A DNA stretch of 64,000 nucleotides from Candidatus Doudnabacteria bacterium (GCA_016186915.1 JACPKU010000004.1:3168-67167), one strand, 5' to 3'. Numbered from the stretch's first letter, positions 39,630 to 52,500 are shown. Notes: generated by a model from the letters alone, not told the origin. Made by a program: numbers and translations.

Positions 39630-39929
39630 TTAGCAGCGTTTCTCAAAGTTGAGAACGATGGCCGGCTGGCCAGTGTGGTTTTGTGGCGCGCAGCGTGCGG
39701 CGAATCGCTGGCGCTGTGTTTGGTAAGGAATGTTCCTTTGTATCCTCTTGAGGCTAAGCGCAACAAGCGCCAGGCGAACCCTTTCGTACTCCTCCGCATC
39801 CAGAACTTCAAACACAGCTGACATTTCTGGATTGGGCAGTTGAGGCTTGAACCACTGGCTTGAGATGTGGTAGCAGGTTTGGCCAAAGATGTTCACCTTA
39901 CGGATGACTGCATAAAGCGTGTCAAACAT
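39630..39929 (-). CDS. orphan hypothetical protein
   Basis: GAGGAGG SD, TTGACG-17-TATTTT promoter, GGGGCTGAA..TTCAGCCCC hairpin downstream. Confidence 0.55.
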   Translation of the reverse strand: MFDTLYAVIRKVNIFGQTCYHISSQWFKPQLPNPEMSAVFEVLDAEEYERVRLALVALSLKRIQRNIPYQTQRQRFAARCAPQNHTGQPAIVLNFEKRC

Positions 39930-40098
39930 GCGTCCTCCTCTTAATCACAAAATACCAGTCGTTGAGTTTTGCGTCAACTTATTTTAGTCTATGTCTTTTC
40001 ATTCTCTGCTTCTCGCGGGTGGCAGATTTAGTATTGGGCATAAGTTAGGTGATAGATGAATAGTTTAACAAAAAACGGATACATAATTAAGCGGACAG

Positions 40099-40866
40099 TT
40101 ATTCCCGAATTGTTGAGTCAACATATTTAAATAAAGCTTTTAATGTATTGGCAATATTTTTGTCTTCAATAATCACAGCTATGGGATTATTTTCAGAAAA
40201 AGAAAAAATGGCTGTTTTATCATCGTAAATATCAATCTCGGTATCAAAAGCATATTCTATTGGGATAAATTTGGTAATTCTGGCAACAGCCTTATCTCTT
40301 TTTTTACTTTCGCGCGACCAATCGGTGTCAGGAGCAATGTCGTAACATTTTATTCCAAGTTTAGCTCTTTTAGTAATATAATAGTAAACCCAATCAGCTC
40401 CCATTTTTTTAAACACAGCATCAGTACCAGTAAAATCATAAAGATTTTTTTCTTTATTATTCAGGAGAGTATCTTCATAGGCTTGCTTAATCCCCTCTAT
40501 TCCCTGAAAGAATTGAATTTTCGGAAAACTTATTTGCTTGTTTCGTACTGCTTCAATTTCCGGCAGTATTTTTTCTATTTCTGCTTTACTTTTTGATAAA
40601 TCAAGTTTCTTGTTTTCTATATAATTTACCAATAAACGTGGAGAAATAGATTGGAATTCCAAAATTTTTCCTTGTTCCGTTGAAGAAGCAAGCCCTTTTT
40701 CTATTAAAGATTTTAAAACTCCGTAAGCAGTGGTTCGGTTAAGTTTGGCCAATCTGGCAACTTCTTTGACCTTTAAAGAGGCATGTTCAAGTAGAATTGA
40801 CAACACAACTATTTCGTTATTGTTAAGATCTATATTTTTAATGAGTTGTTCTATTTGTTGTCTCAT
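40099..40866 (-). CDS. TrmB-family HTH transcriptional regulator
   Basis: ARLAKLNRTTAY..L..LIEKGL, P.IQFFQG.EGI, EIDIYDDK. Confidence 0.88.
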   Translation of the reverse strand: MRQQIEQLIKNIDLNNNEIVVLSILLEHASLKVKEVARLAKLNRTTAYGVLKSLIEKGLASSTEQGKILEFQSISPRLLVNYIENKKLDLSKSKAEIEKILPEIEAVRNKQISFPKIQFFQGIEGIKQAYEDTLLNNKEKNLYDFTGTDAVFKKMGADWVYYYITKRAKLGIKCYDIAPDTDWSRESKKRDKAVARITKFIPIEYAFDTEIDIYDDKTAIFSFSENNPIAVIIEDKNIANTLKALFKYVDSTIRE

Positions 40867-40981
40867 AATAAAGTCATTATAGAATTTTGTCTAATTTTGT
40901 CAACAATTTTGGAAAATAATTGACAAATCAGCCTAAGTAATTAAGATATAATTGTCCGTTAGAAAGGACAAAGGAGGGTTT

Positions 40982-41614
40982 ATGAAAAAAGTGGTGGCGG
41001 TGCAGTTGCCAGCGCCATATTGCGGCATTGGCTGTTCATTCTGTCGAACGGCAAATGAGCATGGTGGCGATGTCAGCGCCGTTCGACGGGCTCTTTCCGA
41101 GCAGCTTGCGGACTGTGAAGAAGTCTATCTGACCAGCGTAGGCGAGACCGGGAATTGTGCCGAGTTCCAGGACATTGTGCAGATGTTGCAGGAACGAGGC
41201 ATTCCGGTATCGGTACTCTGCGCAACGGCGCAGTCAGTAGTGGCTGGTCTCAAGCGAGTTGAGATCAGTTACGAGGAAGATGAACCAACGGCGTTCACAG
41301 CCCCGCTGGCGATAGCGAAGGCTAGGAAGCTTGGGGTCCCGGTGGTCCTGTCCGTGGTGGACAAGGGCAACAAGGCTATCAATCCCCAGGCACTCACCGA
41401 GCGGTTCAATGTGTCAGGGGTGCTGATCCGAGCGTTGCAGGCTGAGGGGCACTCACGCTCCTGCCATGGTCACAGCTCGTTCTGGGTCAGTGATTCAGCA
41501 GAGCTTGGCGCGTTCCCGGTCGGAGCATATCGGGAGCTTGCCAGCATTGGGGTCTCGGCTGTCTGCATCGACCACCTCGGACGGCAAGTTCAGTACTTAG
41601 GAGCAGCCGCCTGA
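40982..41614 (+). CDS. small radical-SAM-like protein
   Basis: N-terminal CGIGCSFC (CxxxCxxC), SVGE (GGE-like), AGGAGG SD. Confidence 0.6.
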   Translation: MKKVVAVQLPAPYCGIGCSFCRTANEHGGDVSAVRRALSEQLADCEEVYLTSVGETGNCAEFQDIVQMLQERGIPVSVLCATAQSVVAGLKRVEISYEEDEPTAFTAPLAIAKARKLGVPVVLSVVDKGNKAINPQALTERFNVSGVLIRALQAEGHSRSCHGHSSFWVSDSAELGAFPVGAYRELASIGVSAVCIDHLGRQVQYLGAAA

Positions 41615-41712
41615 CTTCAATGGGCACGCCCTGTTTGTTTACAGGACACGGCCCCGTTTTTTTATTTCAACTTGTACTTCTCCGTCCTTTGCTACTACCG
41701 GATGATCACGAT

Positions 41713-41748
41713 TTGACAACCACCATGCGATAGGTGGGTGGTTGTCAA
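41713..41748. repeat. REP-like hairpin repeat, copy 2
   Basis: TTGACAACCACCATGCGATAGGTGGGTGGTTGTCAA. Confidence 0.8.
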
Positions 41749-41789
41749 GTTAGATGACTTTGAATTTTTAGAGATTTTAATACATCACA

Positions 41790-43808
41790 TCACTTATGTC
41801 TTTTCATCCGTTGTTTGTCGCGGATGCTGGCGATTTGATCGCGAAGGCCGGCGGCTTGTTCAAAGTCCAGATTTCTGGCCGCCAAGTCCATTTGATCCCG
41901 CAATTCTTCGATCAGGTACGCGACTTCCTGCCGGGTCATTTTGTTTAAGTCGATCCGTGATCCGTGATCCGTGATCCGTGACTCCTCTTTCTTACCCGCA
42001 AGACGTGATTCTTTCACTGCTTTTTCTATGCCCTTGGGAGTAATGCCATACTTTTTATTATAGTCTTCCTGAATCTTGCGTCGCCGTTCAACTTCGGCAA
42101 TAGCCCGTTGCATAGAACCCGTGATTTTGTCTGCATACATAATCACATGGCCTTCGATGTGGCGGGCTGCCCGGCCCATGGTTTGAATGAGTGAAGTGTC
42201 GGAGCGCAGGAACCCTTCTTTGTCAGCATCCAGGATCGCCACCAGCGACACTTCTGGCAGATCCAGACCTTCGCGCAGAAGATTGATGCCCACCACCACG
42301 TCATAAATGCCTAATCTTAGATCGCGCAGAATCTCTAAGCGTTCCAAGGTGTCCACGTCAGAGTGCAGGTAATGCACCTTGATGTTGTATTCAGTCAAAT
42401 ACTGCGCCAGTTCCTCTGCCGTGTTTTTGGTTAAGGTGGTGACCAGCACGCGTTGTTTTCCGCCGGCAGGCAGGTTCACTCTTTTCTGGATTTCTTCCAT
42501 CAAATCATCCACTTGGTTTTTCGTTGGTCTGACTTCTATCTTGGGATCCAAAAGCCCGGTCGGGCGGATAAGTTGCTGCGCCACTTGTTTGGAAATTTTT
42601 AACTCCCGGTCTTTTACCGGGGTGGCCGACACAAATATGGTTTGGCTAATTCGTTTTTCAAACTCTTCAAATTTTAAAGGCCGATTGTCAGCGGCAGAAG
42701 GCAGGCGAAACCCATAATCAATCAAAGTTTGTTTGCGGGACTTGTCTCCCAAATACATGCTCCCAATTTGCGGCAGGGTCATGTGCGATTCGTCTATAAA
42801 TAACAGAAACTCATCTGGAAAATAATCCAAAAGCGTGGAAGGCGGCTCACCGGGAGAGCGAAAATCCATGTGCCGCGAGTAGTTTTCAATGCCGTTGACA
42901 TAACCGGTTTCCAGCATCATCTCAATGTCAAAGTTCGTGCGCTGTTCAATGCGCTGGGCTTCGATCGCCCTGTCTTTACTTTTGAAAAATTTGACTTGTT
43001 TTTTTAGCTCGTCGCGGATGTTGTCTACGGCCTTAAACAATTTTTCTTTGGTGGTGACAAAGTGTTTGGCCGGGAAGACGGTCAGATGTTGAATCGAACC
43101 TAGATCGCTGCCGGTGAGAGGATCGTGAATGGATATTTTTTCGATTTCATCCCCGAAGAAGTTGACTCGATAGATTTTGTCCTCGGAAGCCGGGATCAGT
43201 TCAACAGTGTCGCCGCGGACGCGGAAATTGCCCCGCTCAAGATTGACATCGTTGCGGATGAATTGCAGGTCAGTGAGTTTGCGCAAGAGCTTGTCTCGTT
43301 TGCTGCTTGCCCCAACTTTTAGAGGGACAGACAGGTCCAGATAATCACCCGGACTGCCCAAGCCGTAAATGCAGGAGACCGAAGCCACGATTAAGACATC
43401 CGAGCGAGACAGCAGGCTTTGCGTGGCCGCGTTTCTTAACTTGTCAATTTCTTCATTAATTTCCGTTTCCTTTTCGATGTAGGTATCGGAGCGCGGAATA
43501 TAGGCCTCGGGCTGGTAGTAATCATAGTAGGAGACGAAGTAGTGCACGGCGTTGTCCGGGAAGAAATCCTGAAATTCGCTGGCTAATTGGGCAGCTAAGG
43601 TTTTGTTATGCGAAATGACCAGAGTCGGCTTATTAATTTTTTCCACCACATTGGCCATAGTAAAAGTCTTCCCACTACCCGTCACGCCCAAAAGCGTCTG
43701 GTAGCGGAATTTTTTATGCAACCCTGAAACCAATTTTTCTATGGCCTGCGACTGGTCGCCAGCCGGTTTGAAATTTGAACGCAGCTTGAAATGCATAGCA
43801 ACCTTCAT
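41790..43808 (-). CDS. uvrB: excinuclease ABC subunit B
   Basis: [33 protein letters not shown]-terminal UVR domain. Confidence 0.98.
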   Translation of the reverse strand: MKVAMHFKLRSNFKPAGDQSQAIEKLVSGLHKKFRYQTLLGVTGSGKTFTMANVVEKINKPTLVISHNKTLAAQLASEFQDFFPDNAVHYFVSYYDYYQPEAYIPRSDTYIEKETEINEEIDKLRNAATQSLLSRSDVLIVASVSCIYGLGSPGDYLDLSVPLKVGASSKRDKLLRKLTDLQFIRNDVNLERGNFRVRGDTVELIPASEDKIYRVNFFGDEIEKISIHDPLTGSDLGSIQHLTVFPAKHFVTTKEKLFKAVDNIRDELKKQVKFFKSKDRAIEAQRIEQRTNFDIEMMLETGYVNGIENYSRHMDFRSPGEPPSTLLDYFPDEFLLFIDESHMTLPQIGSMYLGDKSRKQTLIDYGFRLPSAADNRPLKFEEFEKRISQTIFVSATPVKDRELKISKQVAQQLIRPTGLLDPKIEVRPTKNQVDDLMEEIQKRVNLPAGGKQRVLVTTLTKNTAEELAQYLTEYNIKVHYLHSDVDTLERLEILRDLRLGIYDVVVGINLLREGLDLPEVSLVAILDADKEGFLRSDTSLIQTMGRAARHIEGHVIMYADKITGSMQRAIAEVERRRKIQEDYNKKYGITPKGIEKAVKESRLAGKKEESRITDHGSRIDLNKMTRQEVAYLIEELRDQMDLAARNLDFEQAAGLRDQIASIRDKQRMKRHK

Positions 43809-43854
43809 TGTAGCAAACCGAGCAAACTTTAGTCGAGAGTGATATAATGCCTTT

Positions 43855-44421
43855 ATGATTGGCTCGATAAACGGACAAGTAAAATATAAAGGACTGGGAT
43901 TTGTGGTCGTGGAAACCGGCGGGGTGGGCTATAAGGTTTTTGTTATTCCCACACTTTTGGCATCTTTAAAAAAGAACCAAGAAACGGAACTGGTAATCCA
44001 CACACACGTCCGTGAAGATCAGATCAGTCTTTATGGATTTTTGGCAACAGAAGAATTAGAATTTTTCGAAATGCTAATCGCGGTTTCAGGCATTGGCCCC
44101 AAATCAGCCTTGGGAATCATGTCGCTAGCTACGGTCGGAATGATCAAGTCGGCCATTGTGTCGGAAGACCCATCGGTGTTCACCAAAGTTTCCGGCATTG
44201 GCCGCAAAACCGCGGAACGCGTGATCGTGGAACTGAAAGAAAAGTTAAAAAACGAGGCAGATGCGGCTCCTGTGGCTAAAGAGCACTCAGATGTATTGGA
44301 TGCACTAGTAGCGCTTGGTTATTCACAACAAGAAGCCAGAGAGGCCTTAAAAGCAGTGCCTGCCGAGGTGACCAAGTTGCAAGAGAAAGTTAAGCTGGCT
44401 TTGAAGAATCTTTCTAAGTAA
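43855..44421 (+). CDS. ruvA: Holliday junction branch migration protein
   Basis: [33 protein letters not shown]. Confidence 0.96.
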   Translation: MIGSINGQVKYKGLGFVVVETGGVGYKVFVIPTLLASLKKNQETELVIHTHVREDQISLYGFLATEELEFFEMLIAVSGIGPKSALGIMSLATVGMIKSAIVSEDPSVFTKVSGIGRKTAERVIVELKEKLKNEADAAPVAKEHSDVLDALVALGYSQQEAREALKAVPAEVTKLQEKVKLALKNLSK

Positions 44422-44433
44422 ATACTGATTACT

Positions 44434-45363
44434 ATGCTTAGTAACCTTACAGAACAAGCTTGGGATCAAAAAGTTGTCGACCTGGGAGGGTCGATTTTGC
44501 AGTCTTGGGTTTGGGGGGAGTTCCAAGCCGCTTTAGGATTTAAGATTCACAGATTTTCCGGCCCGGATTTTGTAAATTTGGCAATCGAGACGCCTTTGAT
44601 CATAGGCAAAAAATATTTATACAGTCCCCGAGGGCCCTTGGGTGATGTCGAGGCAGGGTTGGTGGATCCCCAAAAACTTTCTGAAACCGATTCTGATATC
44701 GTGTTTGCCAGGGTTGAGCCAAATGTGCCTCTGAGCTTGCCCCGCGCTGTGAAGGACGTGCAGCCAGCAGTGAATTGGATGCTGGATGTTGAGAAAAGAG
44801 AAGAAGATTTGCTTATTAACATGAAACCCAAACATCGGTATAACATTAATTTGGCCCAGCGCCGCGGGGTGGTGGTTCGGGAAGGCAACAAAGAAGACTT
44901 ACTGATTTTTTGGAAGTTGCTTTTGGAGACTGCGGGGCGGAATAAATTTAAGTTGCACCCCCAAAATTACTATTGGCAACTGTGGGAAAAGTTAGGTCCA
45001 GAACACGCCAAACTTTTAATTGCCGAATATCAAGGGAAGCCTTTATCTGGCGTGCTGCTCACAATTTTTTCTGACACAGTAACTTATCTTCACGGCGGAT
45101 CAAGCGCTGCCAACAAAGATGTAATGGCTCCTTATCTTCTGCATTGGGAAGGAATTAAGCTAGCCAAAAGATTGGGAATGAAAAACTATGATTTCGGCGG
45201 TGTCTCATCTGATCCAAGACACCACTGGGCCGGGATAACCAGGTTCAAAAAAGGCTTTGGCGGGTTTGAAGTAGCATACCCGGGCGCATTTGATTTGGTT
45301 TTTGCGCCAATGTGGTATCAGGCCTACAAACAAGCAAGGCTGCTTAGAAAAATAATTAGATAA
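44434..45363 (+). CDS. FemABX/MurM-type lipid II aminoacyl transferase
   Basis: LQS..WG, PRGP, KHRYNI..A.RRGV, YDFGG, FKKGFGG. Confidence 0.9.
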   Translation: MLSNLTEQAWDQKVVDLGGSILQSWVWGEFQAALGFKIHRFSGPDFVNLAIETPLIIGKKYLYSPRGPLGDVEAGLVDPQKLSETDSDIVFARVEPNVPLSLPRAVKDVQPAVNWMLDVEKREEDLLINMKPKHRYNINLAQRRGVVVREGNKEDLLIFWKLLLETAGRNKFKLHPQNYYWQLWEKLGPEHAKLLIAEYQGKPLSGVLLTIFSDTVTYLHGGSSAANKDVMAPYLLHWEGIKLAKRLGMKNYDFGGVSSDPRHHWAGITRFKKGFGGFEVAYPGAFDLVFAPMWYQAYKQARLLRKIIR

Positions 45364-45364
45364 C

Positions 45365-45763
45365 ATGACTCTATTTATTGATACAACTGATGATCAAAGT
45401 ATTCGTTTGAGCCTGGTCGATGGAAAAAAAGTTTATAATAAAATTTGGTCAGTGGAACGGCGAAGCTCGGAAACCTTGTTTCCCAAACTGTCGGTACTGC
45501 TCAAGTCTAAAAGAGTTAAATTTACTGATTTGGAAAAAATTGTAGGAGTTTTAGGCCCCGGTCCTTTCAGCCGCACGCGCACCGGGATAGTGGCGGCCAA
45601 TGCTTTGGCTTATGCTTTGGATATTCCGCTGGTGGGAATAAAAAAAAACCAAGTTCCAAAAAATTTATTGAGTCTTAAGAAGTTTAAGGGTAGTAAACAA
45701 AACCTTAAACCTTTCTATGCAAGACCTGCTAACATAACCAAGCCCAAAAGGCGTAGTACTTGA
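45365..45763 (+). CDS. tsaB: TsaB, short form
   Basis: LFIDT, GPGPFS.TR.G...ANALA, PFY..PANIT. Confidence 0.85.
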   Translation: MTLFIDTTDDQSIRLSLVDGKKVYNKIWSVERRSSETLFPKLSVLLKSKRVKFTDLEKIVGVLGPGPFSRTRTGIVAANALAYALDIPLVGIKKNQVPKNLLSLKKFKGSKQNLKPFYARPANITKPKRRST

Positions 45764-46023
45764 CAACTTTTGGGGGACGAGTAATATATAAATGTGGCAT
45801 CTATTTTAATAAGAGCATAGCCTAAACCTGGCTCTTTTTTGCATATGCATTAAAGAGAGTTATTTTTGTGCCCGGTAGTGAAAATTTGACACCCAACCCC
45901 AGTTTATAAAAACTGGCGCTGGGCAAAAAATCGCTTAAACAAGCCAAAATCTCAAATTTTGACCACCTTGCACCTAAAATAGCTCTTTCTCCTTTTTAAT
46001 TAATCAATTTTTTACTACTAGGT
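45760..46023 (+). promoter_or_regulatory. rpoBC promoter and long structured 5' leader
   Basis: TTGACA at 45760 with a -10-like element about 17 nt downstream; leader stems AAAGAGAGTTATTTT/AAAATAGCTCTTT and AAAATTTGA/TCAAATTTT. Confidence 0.5.
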
Positions 46024-49000
46024 ATGACCTCAAAAGGAAAAATGGCTAATTTAAGCCTTAATTTTAAAAGCCCCTCCAAATTCAAGACTGGGAGAAAGTT
46101 CTTTACCCAGTTCCATGATGTCATGGAAATGCCTAATTTGATTGAGGTTCAGCTCAATTCCTATCAGTGGTTTTTGGAAAAGGGACTCAAGGAATTGTTC
46201 GATGAAATCAATTCAATCAAAGATTTTACAGGTAAAAATTTGGAACTGTTCTTTGGGAAGTACTTTCTCGACAAACCCAAATACGACGAGAAAACCGCAA
46301 AAGAACGAAACACCACCTATGAAGCGCCTCTGTACGTTTCGGTAAAACTGGCCAACAAAGCCACTAACAAAACCAAAACACAGGATGTCTACATAGGTGA
46401 TTTTCCTTTAATGACTCCCCGCGGCACTTTTGTCATCAACGGGGTTGAGCGAGTGGTGGTCTCTCAGCTGGTTAAATCCCCCGGCGTATTTTTCAGCGGC
46501 GAAGCCGCCCGGGGCAGGAATTGGTATGGTGCAAAAATAATTCCGAATAGGGGCGCCTGGCTGGAACTGGAAACTGATCTCAACGGCGTGCTTAGTGTGA
46601 AAATTGATCGCAAGCGTCGTATCCCGGTAACTGCCCTGATGCGGGTTTTTGGCTATACAACTGACGAGGAGATATTGGCGGCCGTGGCAGACATAGACAC
46701 CAATCCCGACATGCGCTACCTGCAAGCCACGTTGGAAAAAGATCCTTCCAAAAATCGAGACGAAGGATTTAAAGAAGTTTATAAAAGAATCCGTCCGGGA
46801 GATTTGGCAACTGTAGACAACGCCCGCTCTTTGATCGAGGCGATGTTTTTCCAAGCCGACAGATATGATTTGTCAGAAGTCGGAAGATTCAAACTCAATC
46901 AACGACTTAATATTCTTGACCGCCAAGACCATATTCTCACCAAACAAGATTTAACGGATATCATCCGAGAAGTTATTCGATTGAACAATTCACAAGAAGG
47001 CTGGGACGACATCGATCATTTGTCCAATCGAAGAGTGCGCGCAGTCGGGGAACTGATCCAAAGTAAATTTAGAATCGGACTGGCCCGGATGAGCAGAATC
47101 GCCAAAGATCGAATGAGCTTAGCCGATCTTGAGACTGTAACGCCAGCTCAACTCATCCACGTCCGCCCGATTGTCGCCGTCATTCAGGAATTTTTCTCTT
47201 CTTCACAACTCTCTCAGTTTATGGACCAGACCAATCCATTGGCGGAGCTGGAACACAAACGAAGGCTTAGTGCTATGGGTCCGGGCGGGCTTTCCCGTGA
47301 GCGCGCGGGATTTGAAGTGCGAGACGTCCACCGTTCTCACTATGGTAGGCTTTGTCCAATCACCACACCGGAAGGCCCGAACATCGGCTTGGTTGCGCAC
47401 TTGGCCAGCTATGCCAAAATTAATGAATTCGGTTTTATTGAAACCCCGTACCGCAAGCTTTTGAAGCAGGTCCCCAATGACGGCAAGAGCGCAGTGGGAC
47501 ATTTGAGCCTGAATGATATTTCTGACGGAAACGAGCAATTGATTGTGGCGGCTGATAAGGAGATTACCAAAGAAATTGCCAAGAGGTTGATGGAAAACAA
47601 GAGCTTGGCTCAAGTTTTGATTAAGCCTGTGGTGACAGACGAAGTTGAGTATTTGGATGCCTATGAAGAAGAACAAATGGTGATTGCCCAAGCCACCGCT
47701 GAGTTTGATGAGCGCGGGCATTTTACCGAACCCCGGGCTTCGGTGCGCGTGCACGGCGTGCCTTCCATCGCATCCACTTCTGACATTGACTATATTGAAG
47801 TCTCTCCCAAACAGATTATTTCGATCACCACTTCTTTAATTCCTTTTTTGGAGCACGATGACGCCAACCGCGCGTTGATGGGTTCGAACATGCAGCGCCA
47901 AGCAGTGTCTTGCATTAAACCAGAGGCCCCGGTAGTCGGCACTGGCGTGGAGGCGAAAGCCGCCTACGATTCCGGACAGGTTGTGATCGCGGACACTGAC
48001 GGCACAGTCAGCTCAGTTACCGGCGACAAAATAGTGATTGCGGAAAAGGCCGGTAAAAAAAGAGAATATTACCTGCAGAAGTTTATTCGCTCCAACACTT
48101 CCACGTCCATCAATCAACACCCGATCGTGGAAAAGGGGCAAGTTGTGCAAGCCGGCGATCCGATTGCCGACGGAGCAGCCACGGAAAATGGAGAACTGGC
48201 CTTGGGCCAGAATTTGTTGGTCGCGTTTGTCTCTTGGGAGGGCGGCAATTATGAAGATGCGATTTTAATTTCCTCTCGGGTGGTGGAAGAAGATCGCTAT
48301 TCCTCGATTCATATTGAAGATTTTAAAGTTGATGTCCGAGACACCAAGCTGGGACCGGAAATCATTACTCGGGACATTCCTAATGTCGGCGAAGAAAAAT
48401 TAAAGGATTTGGACGAAAACGGAGTGGTGAGGATTGGGGCGCAGGTGAAAGCTGGCGACATTCTGGTCGGCAAAATTACGCCGAAAGGCGAAACTGACCT
48501 GACTGCAGAAGAAAAATTGCTGCGAGTAATTTTTGGCGAGAAGTCGAGAGATGTAAAAGACACTTCCTTATCCCTGCCTCACGGCGAATACGGCAAGGTG
48601 GTCCACATCAGAGAGTTCTCCCGCGAACAGGGAGACAAACTGCCTTCTGGCGTGATCAAATCGATTCAAGTATCTGTGGCAGTTTTGCGGAAAATTCAGG
48701 TCGGAGACAAAATGGCCGGCCGCCATGGAAACAAGGGGGTAATTTCTCGCGTCATTCCGATTGAGGATGTGCCGTTTACTCAAGACGGGACTCCGGTGGA
48801 TATTATTTTAAATCCTATGGGTGTGGCTAGTCGTATGAACATCGGACAGATTTTGGAAACTCACTTGGGATTCGCGGCAAAAAAGTTTAATTACAATATC
48901 GCCTCTCCGGCACTGGATGGCGTGCCTGAAGAAACCATTAAGTCGGAATTGAAGCGCGCTGGTTTTCCAGAAGACGGCAAAGTGGCTTTGTTTGACGGGA

Positions 49001-49518
49001 AAACCGGAGAACAATTTGCGGAAAAAGTTACCGTTGGCGTGATTTACATGCTTAAACTCCACCATTTGGTGGATGATAAGATGCACGCCCGCTCCACCGG
49101 TCCCTACTCTTTGATCACCCAGCAGCCCTTGGGCGGCAAGGCACAGTTCGGCGGCCAGCGATTTGGCGAAATGGAAGTCTGGGCCTTGGAAGGCTACGGC
49201 GCGGCCCATACTTTGCAGGAGATGTTGACCATCAAATCCGATGACGTGGTGGGCCGGGCTAAAACTTATGAATCAATCGTGAAAGGCGAACCGATTAAAA
49301 AGCCCAATGTCCCAGAGTCTTTCCGGGTTTTGGTCAAAGAGCTCCAATCCCTGTGTCTTAATGTAGAATTGGTCGGCGAGAAAAAACAAGAAGATATGGA
49401 GGCCAGTCCCGAGGGAGAAATTAAGGAGTTGGCCACTACTGATGAGAAGCTGGAAGTAGAGAAGGAAGTTGTAGGTGTGGATGATAAGCCGAAAAAGAAG
49501 CTAAAAAGTAACAAGTAA
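46024..49518 (+). CDS. rpoB: RNA polymerase beta subunit
   Basis: [32 protein letters not shown]. Confidence 0.99.
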   Translation: MTSKGKMANLSLNFKSPSKFKTGRKFFTQFHDVMEMPNLIEVQLNSYQWFLEKGLKELFDEINSIKDFTGKNLELFFGKYFLDKPKYDEKTAKERNTTYEAPLYVSVKLANKATNKTKTQDVYIGDFPLMTPRGTFVINGVERVVVSQLVKSPGVFFSGEAARGRNWYGAKIIPNRGAWLELETDLNGVLSVKIDRKRRIPVTALMRVFGYTTDEEILAAVADIDTNPDMRYLQATLEKDPSKNRDEGFKEVYKRIRPGDLATVDNARSLIEAMFFQADRYDLSEVGRFKLNQRLNILDRQDHILTKQDLTDIIREVIRLNNSQEGWDDIDHLSNRRVRAVGELIQSKFRIGLARMSRIAKDRMSLADLETVTPAQLIHVRPIVAVIQEFFSSSQLSQFMDQTNPLAELEHKRRLSAMGPGGLSRERAGFEVRDVHRSHYGRLCPITTPEGPNIGLVAHLASYAKINEFGFIETPYRKLLKQVPNDGKSAVGHLSLNDISDGNEQLIVAADKEITKEIAKRLMENKSLAQVLIKPVVTDEVEYLDAYEEEQMVIAQATAEFDERGHFTEPRASVRVHGVPSIASTSDIDYIEVSPKQIISITTSLIPFLEHDDANRALMGSNMQRQAVSCIKPEAPVVGTGVEAKAAYDSGQVVIADTDGTVSSVTGDKIVIAEKAGKKREYYLQKFIRSNTSTSINQHPIVEKGQVVQAGDPIADGAATENGELALGQNLLVAFVSWEGGNYEDAILISSRVVEEDRYSSIHIEDFKVDVRDTKLGPEIITRDIPNVGEEKLKDLDENGVVRIGAQVKAGDILVGKITPKGETDLTAEEKLLRVIFGEKSRDVKDTSLSLPHGEYGKVVHIREFSREQGDKLPSGVIKSIQVSVAVLRKIQVGDKMAGRHGNKGVISRVIPIEDVPFTQDGTPVDIILNPMGVASRMNIGQILETHLGFAAKKFNYNIASPALDGVPEETIKSELKRAGFPEDGKVALFDGKTGEQFAEKVTVGVIYMLKLHHLVDDKMHARSTGPYSLITQQPLGGKAQFGGQRFGEMEVWALEGYGAAHTLQEMLTIKSDDVVGRAKTYESIVKGEPIKKPNVPESFRVLVKELQSLCLNVELVGEKKQEDMEASPEGEIKELATTDEKLEVEKEVVGVDDKPKKKLKSNK

Positions 49519-49537
49519 CAGCTAATTTATTAACTTT

Positions 49538-52500
49538 ATGCTGACTCAAGCAGAAGAATTTAAGGCCGTTCGTCTCAAACTTGCTTCCCCGCAGGATATT
49601 TTGGCCTGGTCATATGGCGAGGTGACAAAACCAGAAACCATTAATTACCGAACCCAGCGGCCGGAAAAGGACGGCTTGTTTGATGAGAAGATTTTCGGTC
49701 CTATCAAGGACTGGGAGTGTTACTGCGGCAAGTACAAGCGGATCCGATACAAAGGAATAGTCTGCGATAAATGCGGCGTGGAAGTGACCAAGGCTTCAGT
49801 CAGACGGGAGCGCATGGGCCACATCAAACTGGCTGCCCCGGTAGCACACATTTGGTTTTTGCGCGGGGTGCCGTCTAGACTTGGTTTGGTGTTGGATTTG
49901 TCTGTGCAGGAACTGGAAAAAGTCGTTTATTTTGCCGCTTACATTATTACTCAAGTGGACGAAGAGGCCCGAGCCAATACGCTCGAACAAATTGAGCGAG
50001 AATTTAAAAGCAAGAAAAAAGAAATTGAAGGACGCTATACCGGATTGCTTAATCATGCCAAGTCTTCCCAAAAGCAGGCAGACAAGGAAGACGCAGAAAT
50101 GCTCCGCGTGAGAGATATGTGGGATAAGGAGCTGGAGCATTTAGAATCTATCCGCGATTTAGCCAGAAGCGAGTTAAAGTCAATCAAGAAATACCAGATT
50201 GTTTCTGAGTTGGAATACCGAGATCTTTCTTTGAAATACGGCCCGGTGTTTCAGGCCAGCATCGGCGCTGCCGCTATTCAGCAATTGGTGCAAGAGATTA
50301 ATTTAGAAGAACTGCTCAATAGTTTATTAGAGCAGGGCGCTGCTTCAGAAGGCAGTGTCAACGAGCGCAAGCTGACTCGCAGAGTCAAGCTCATGAAATC
50401 CATGATTAAGGCCGGGATCAGGCCGGACTGGATGATCATTGATAATTTGCCTGTCATCCCGCCAGATCTTCGTCCCATGGTGCAATTGGACGGCGGCCGG
50501 TTCGCCGCCTCTGATTTGAATGATCTTTATCGGCGCGTGATCAACCGCAATAATCGGTTGAAAAAACTTCTGGACATCGGCGCGCCTGAAGTGATCACCC
50601 GCAACGAAAAGCGCATGCTGCAGGAAGCAGTGGATGCTTTGATAGATAACTCCATCAGACACGGCAAAGAGGTTACTGCCTCCACCGGACAGAAAAGAAA
50701 GTTAAGATCCTTAGCCGACATGCTGAAAGGCAAGCAAGGGCGATTCCGACAGAATTTGCTTGGCAAGCGCGTGGACTACTCGGGACGCAGTGTGATTGTG
50801 GGGGGGTCTAGTTTGAAACTCCATCAGTGTGGTTTGCCGAAGAAAATGGCCTTGGAGTTATTCAAGCCATTTGTGATTTCCAAACTTATCATCAGAGAGT
50901 TTGCCCACAACGTGCGCTCTGCCAACCGTCTGATCGAGCAAGGCAAGACAGAGGTTTATGATATTTTGGAAGAAGTGACCAAGGATCATTATGTGCTGTT
51001 GAACCGGGCGCCTACTCTTCACCGTCTTGGCTTCCAGGCGTTTTTGCCGGTGTTGATTGAAGGCAAGGCCATACAGATTCACCCGCTGGTTTGCAGTGCC
51101 TTTAACGCTGACTTTGACGGCGACCAAATGGCGGTGCACGTGTCCCTCACAGCCGCGGCGCAAGAGGAAGCGAAAAATATTATGTTGTCTTCTCGCAACC
51201 TGCTAAAGCCTGCTTCTGGCGAGCCAATCATGGGTCCGAACCAGGATATGGTGCTTGGCTGCTACTGGTTGACTAGGATTCGTCCGGGAGAGAAGGGCGA
51301 AGGAAAAATTTTTTCCAGCCCGGAAGAGGCAATTTTGGCTTACCAATCAGGCATAGTGAGTTTGAAAGCGAAAGTCAAGATTAGATTGGGCAAGGGTTGG
51401 GGCAATGCCGGGATTACTGAGACCTGCGTTGGCCGGGTAATGTTTAACCAAGTTTTGCCCAACGAAATGTTGTTTGTTAATGACCTGATGGACAAAAAGA
51501 AACTGCAGCAGGTGGTGCAGGACTGTTACCGCGACCATGGTATTGATCGTACTGCTGTTTTGCTGGACGACATAAAGAGAATCGGATTCCACTATGTAAC
51601 CAAATCCGGCGTGTCTTGGGGAATGGATGATCTGACAGTGCCGAAGATTAAAGAACAGCTGCTTAAGGACGCCGACGAAGCAGTGCTTAAGACCTTTGAG
51701 CAATTCCAGCAAGGATTGCTAACCAGCCAAGAGCGCAGTAATCGGGTGATTGAGATCTGGGCCGAGGTTAGAGATAAAATTACCGAAGGAATCACCACCA
51801 CCCTGGATGAACATGGACCAGTTTATCAGATGGTTAACTCCGGCGCCCGCGGATCGATTTCTCAGATTGCTCAAATGGCGGGAATGAAAGGCCTGGTGAC
51901 CAACCCTGCCGGAGAAGTGATTGAACTGCCCGCCCGCGATTCGTTTAAAGAAGGGCTGAATATTTTGGAATACTTTATTTCCACCCACGGCTCGCGCAAG
52001 GGTATGACTGACACGGCGCTTCGAACCGCGGATGCGGGATATCTTACCCGCCGGCTGGTGGATGTGGCGCAAGACATTGTGATTAATGATAGTGATTGCG
52101 GAGTTGCGGAAGGCCGGGTAATTACCCGGGTGTCTTCTGAGGTTTTGGGCAGGCCGTTGAGCAGGCGAGTGTTCGGTCGAGTTTTGGCCAAAGACGTCAA
52201 AGATGCCGGTGGTAAAGTGGTGGCAAAAGCAGGAAGTTTGGTGGACGATGATTTGGCGGAAAAGATTGAACGCTCCACAGCCAGTGAGGTTACGGTGCGC
52301 ACAGTGCTTCGCTGTACTTTGAGCCGCGGCATCTGCGCTAAGTGTTATGGATATGACTTGGGATTCAACAAGCCAGTGGAATTAGGTTCTGCCGTGGGAA
52401 TAGTTGCCGCCCAAGCTATTGGGGAGCCAGGAACGCAGTTGACCATGAGAACTTTCCACACTGGAGGCGTGGCGGGTTTGGATATTACTCAAGGTTTGCC

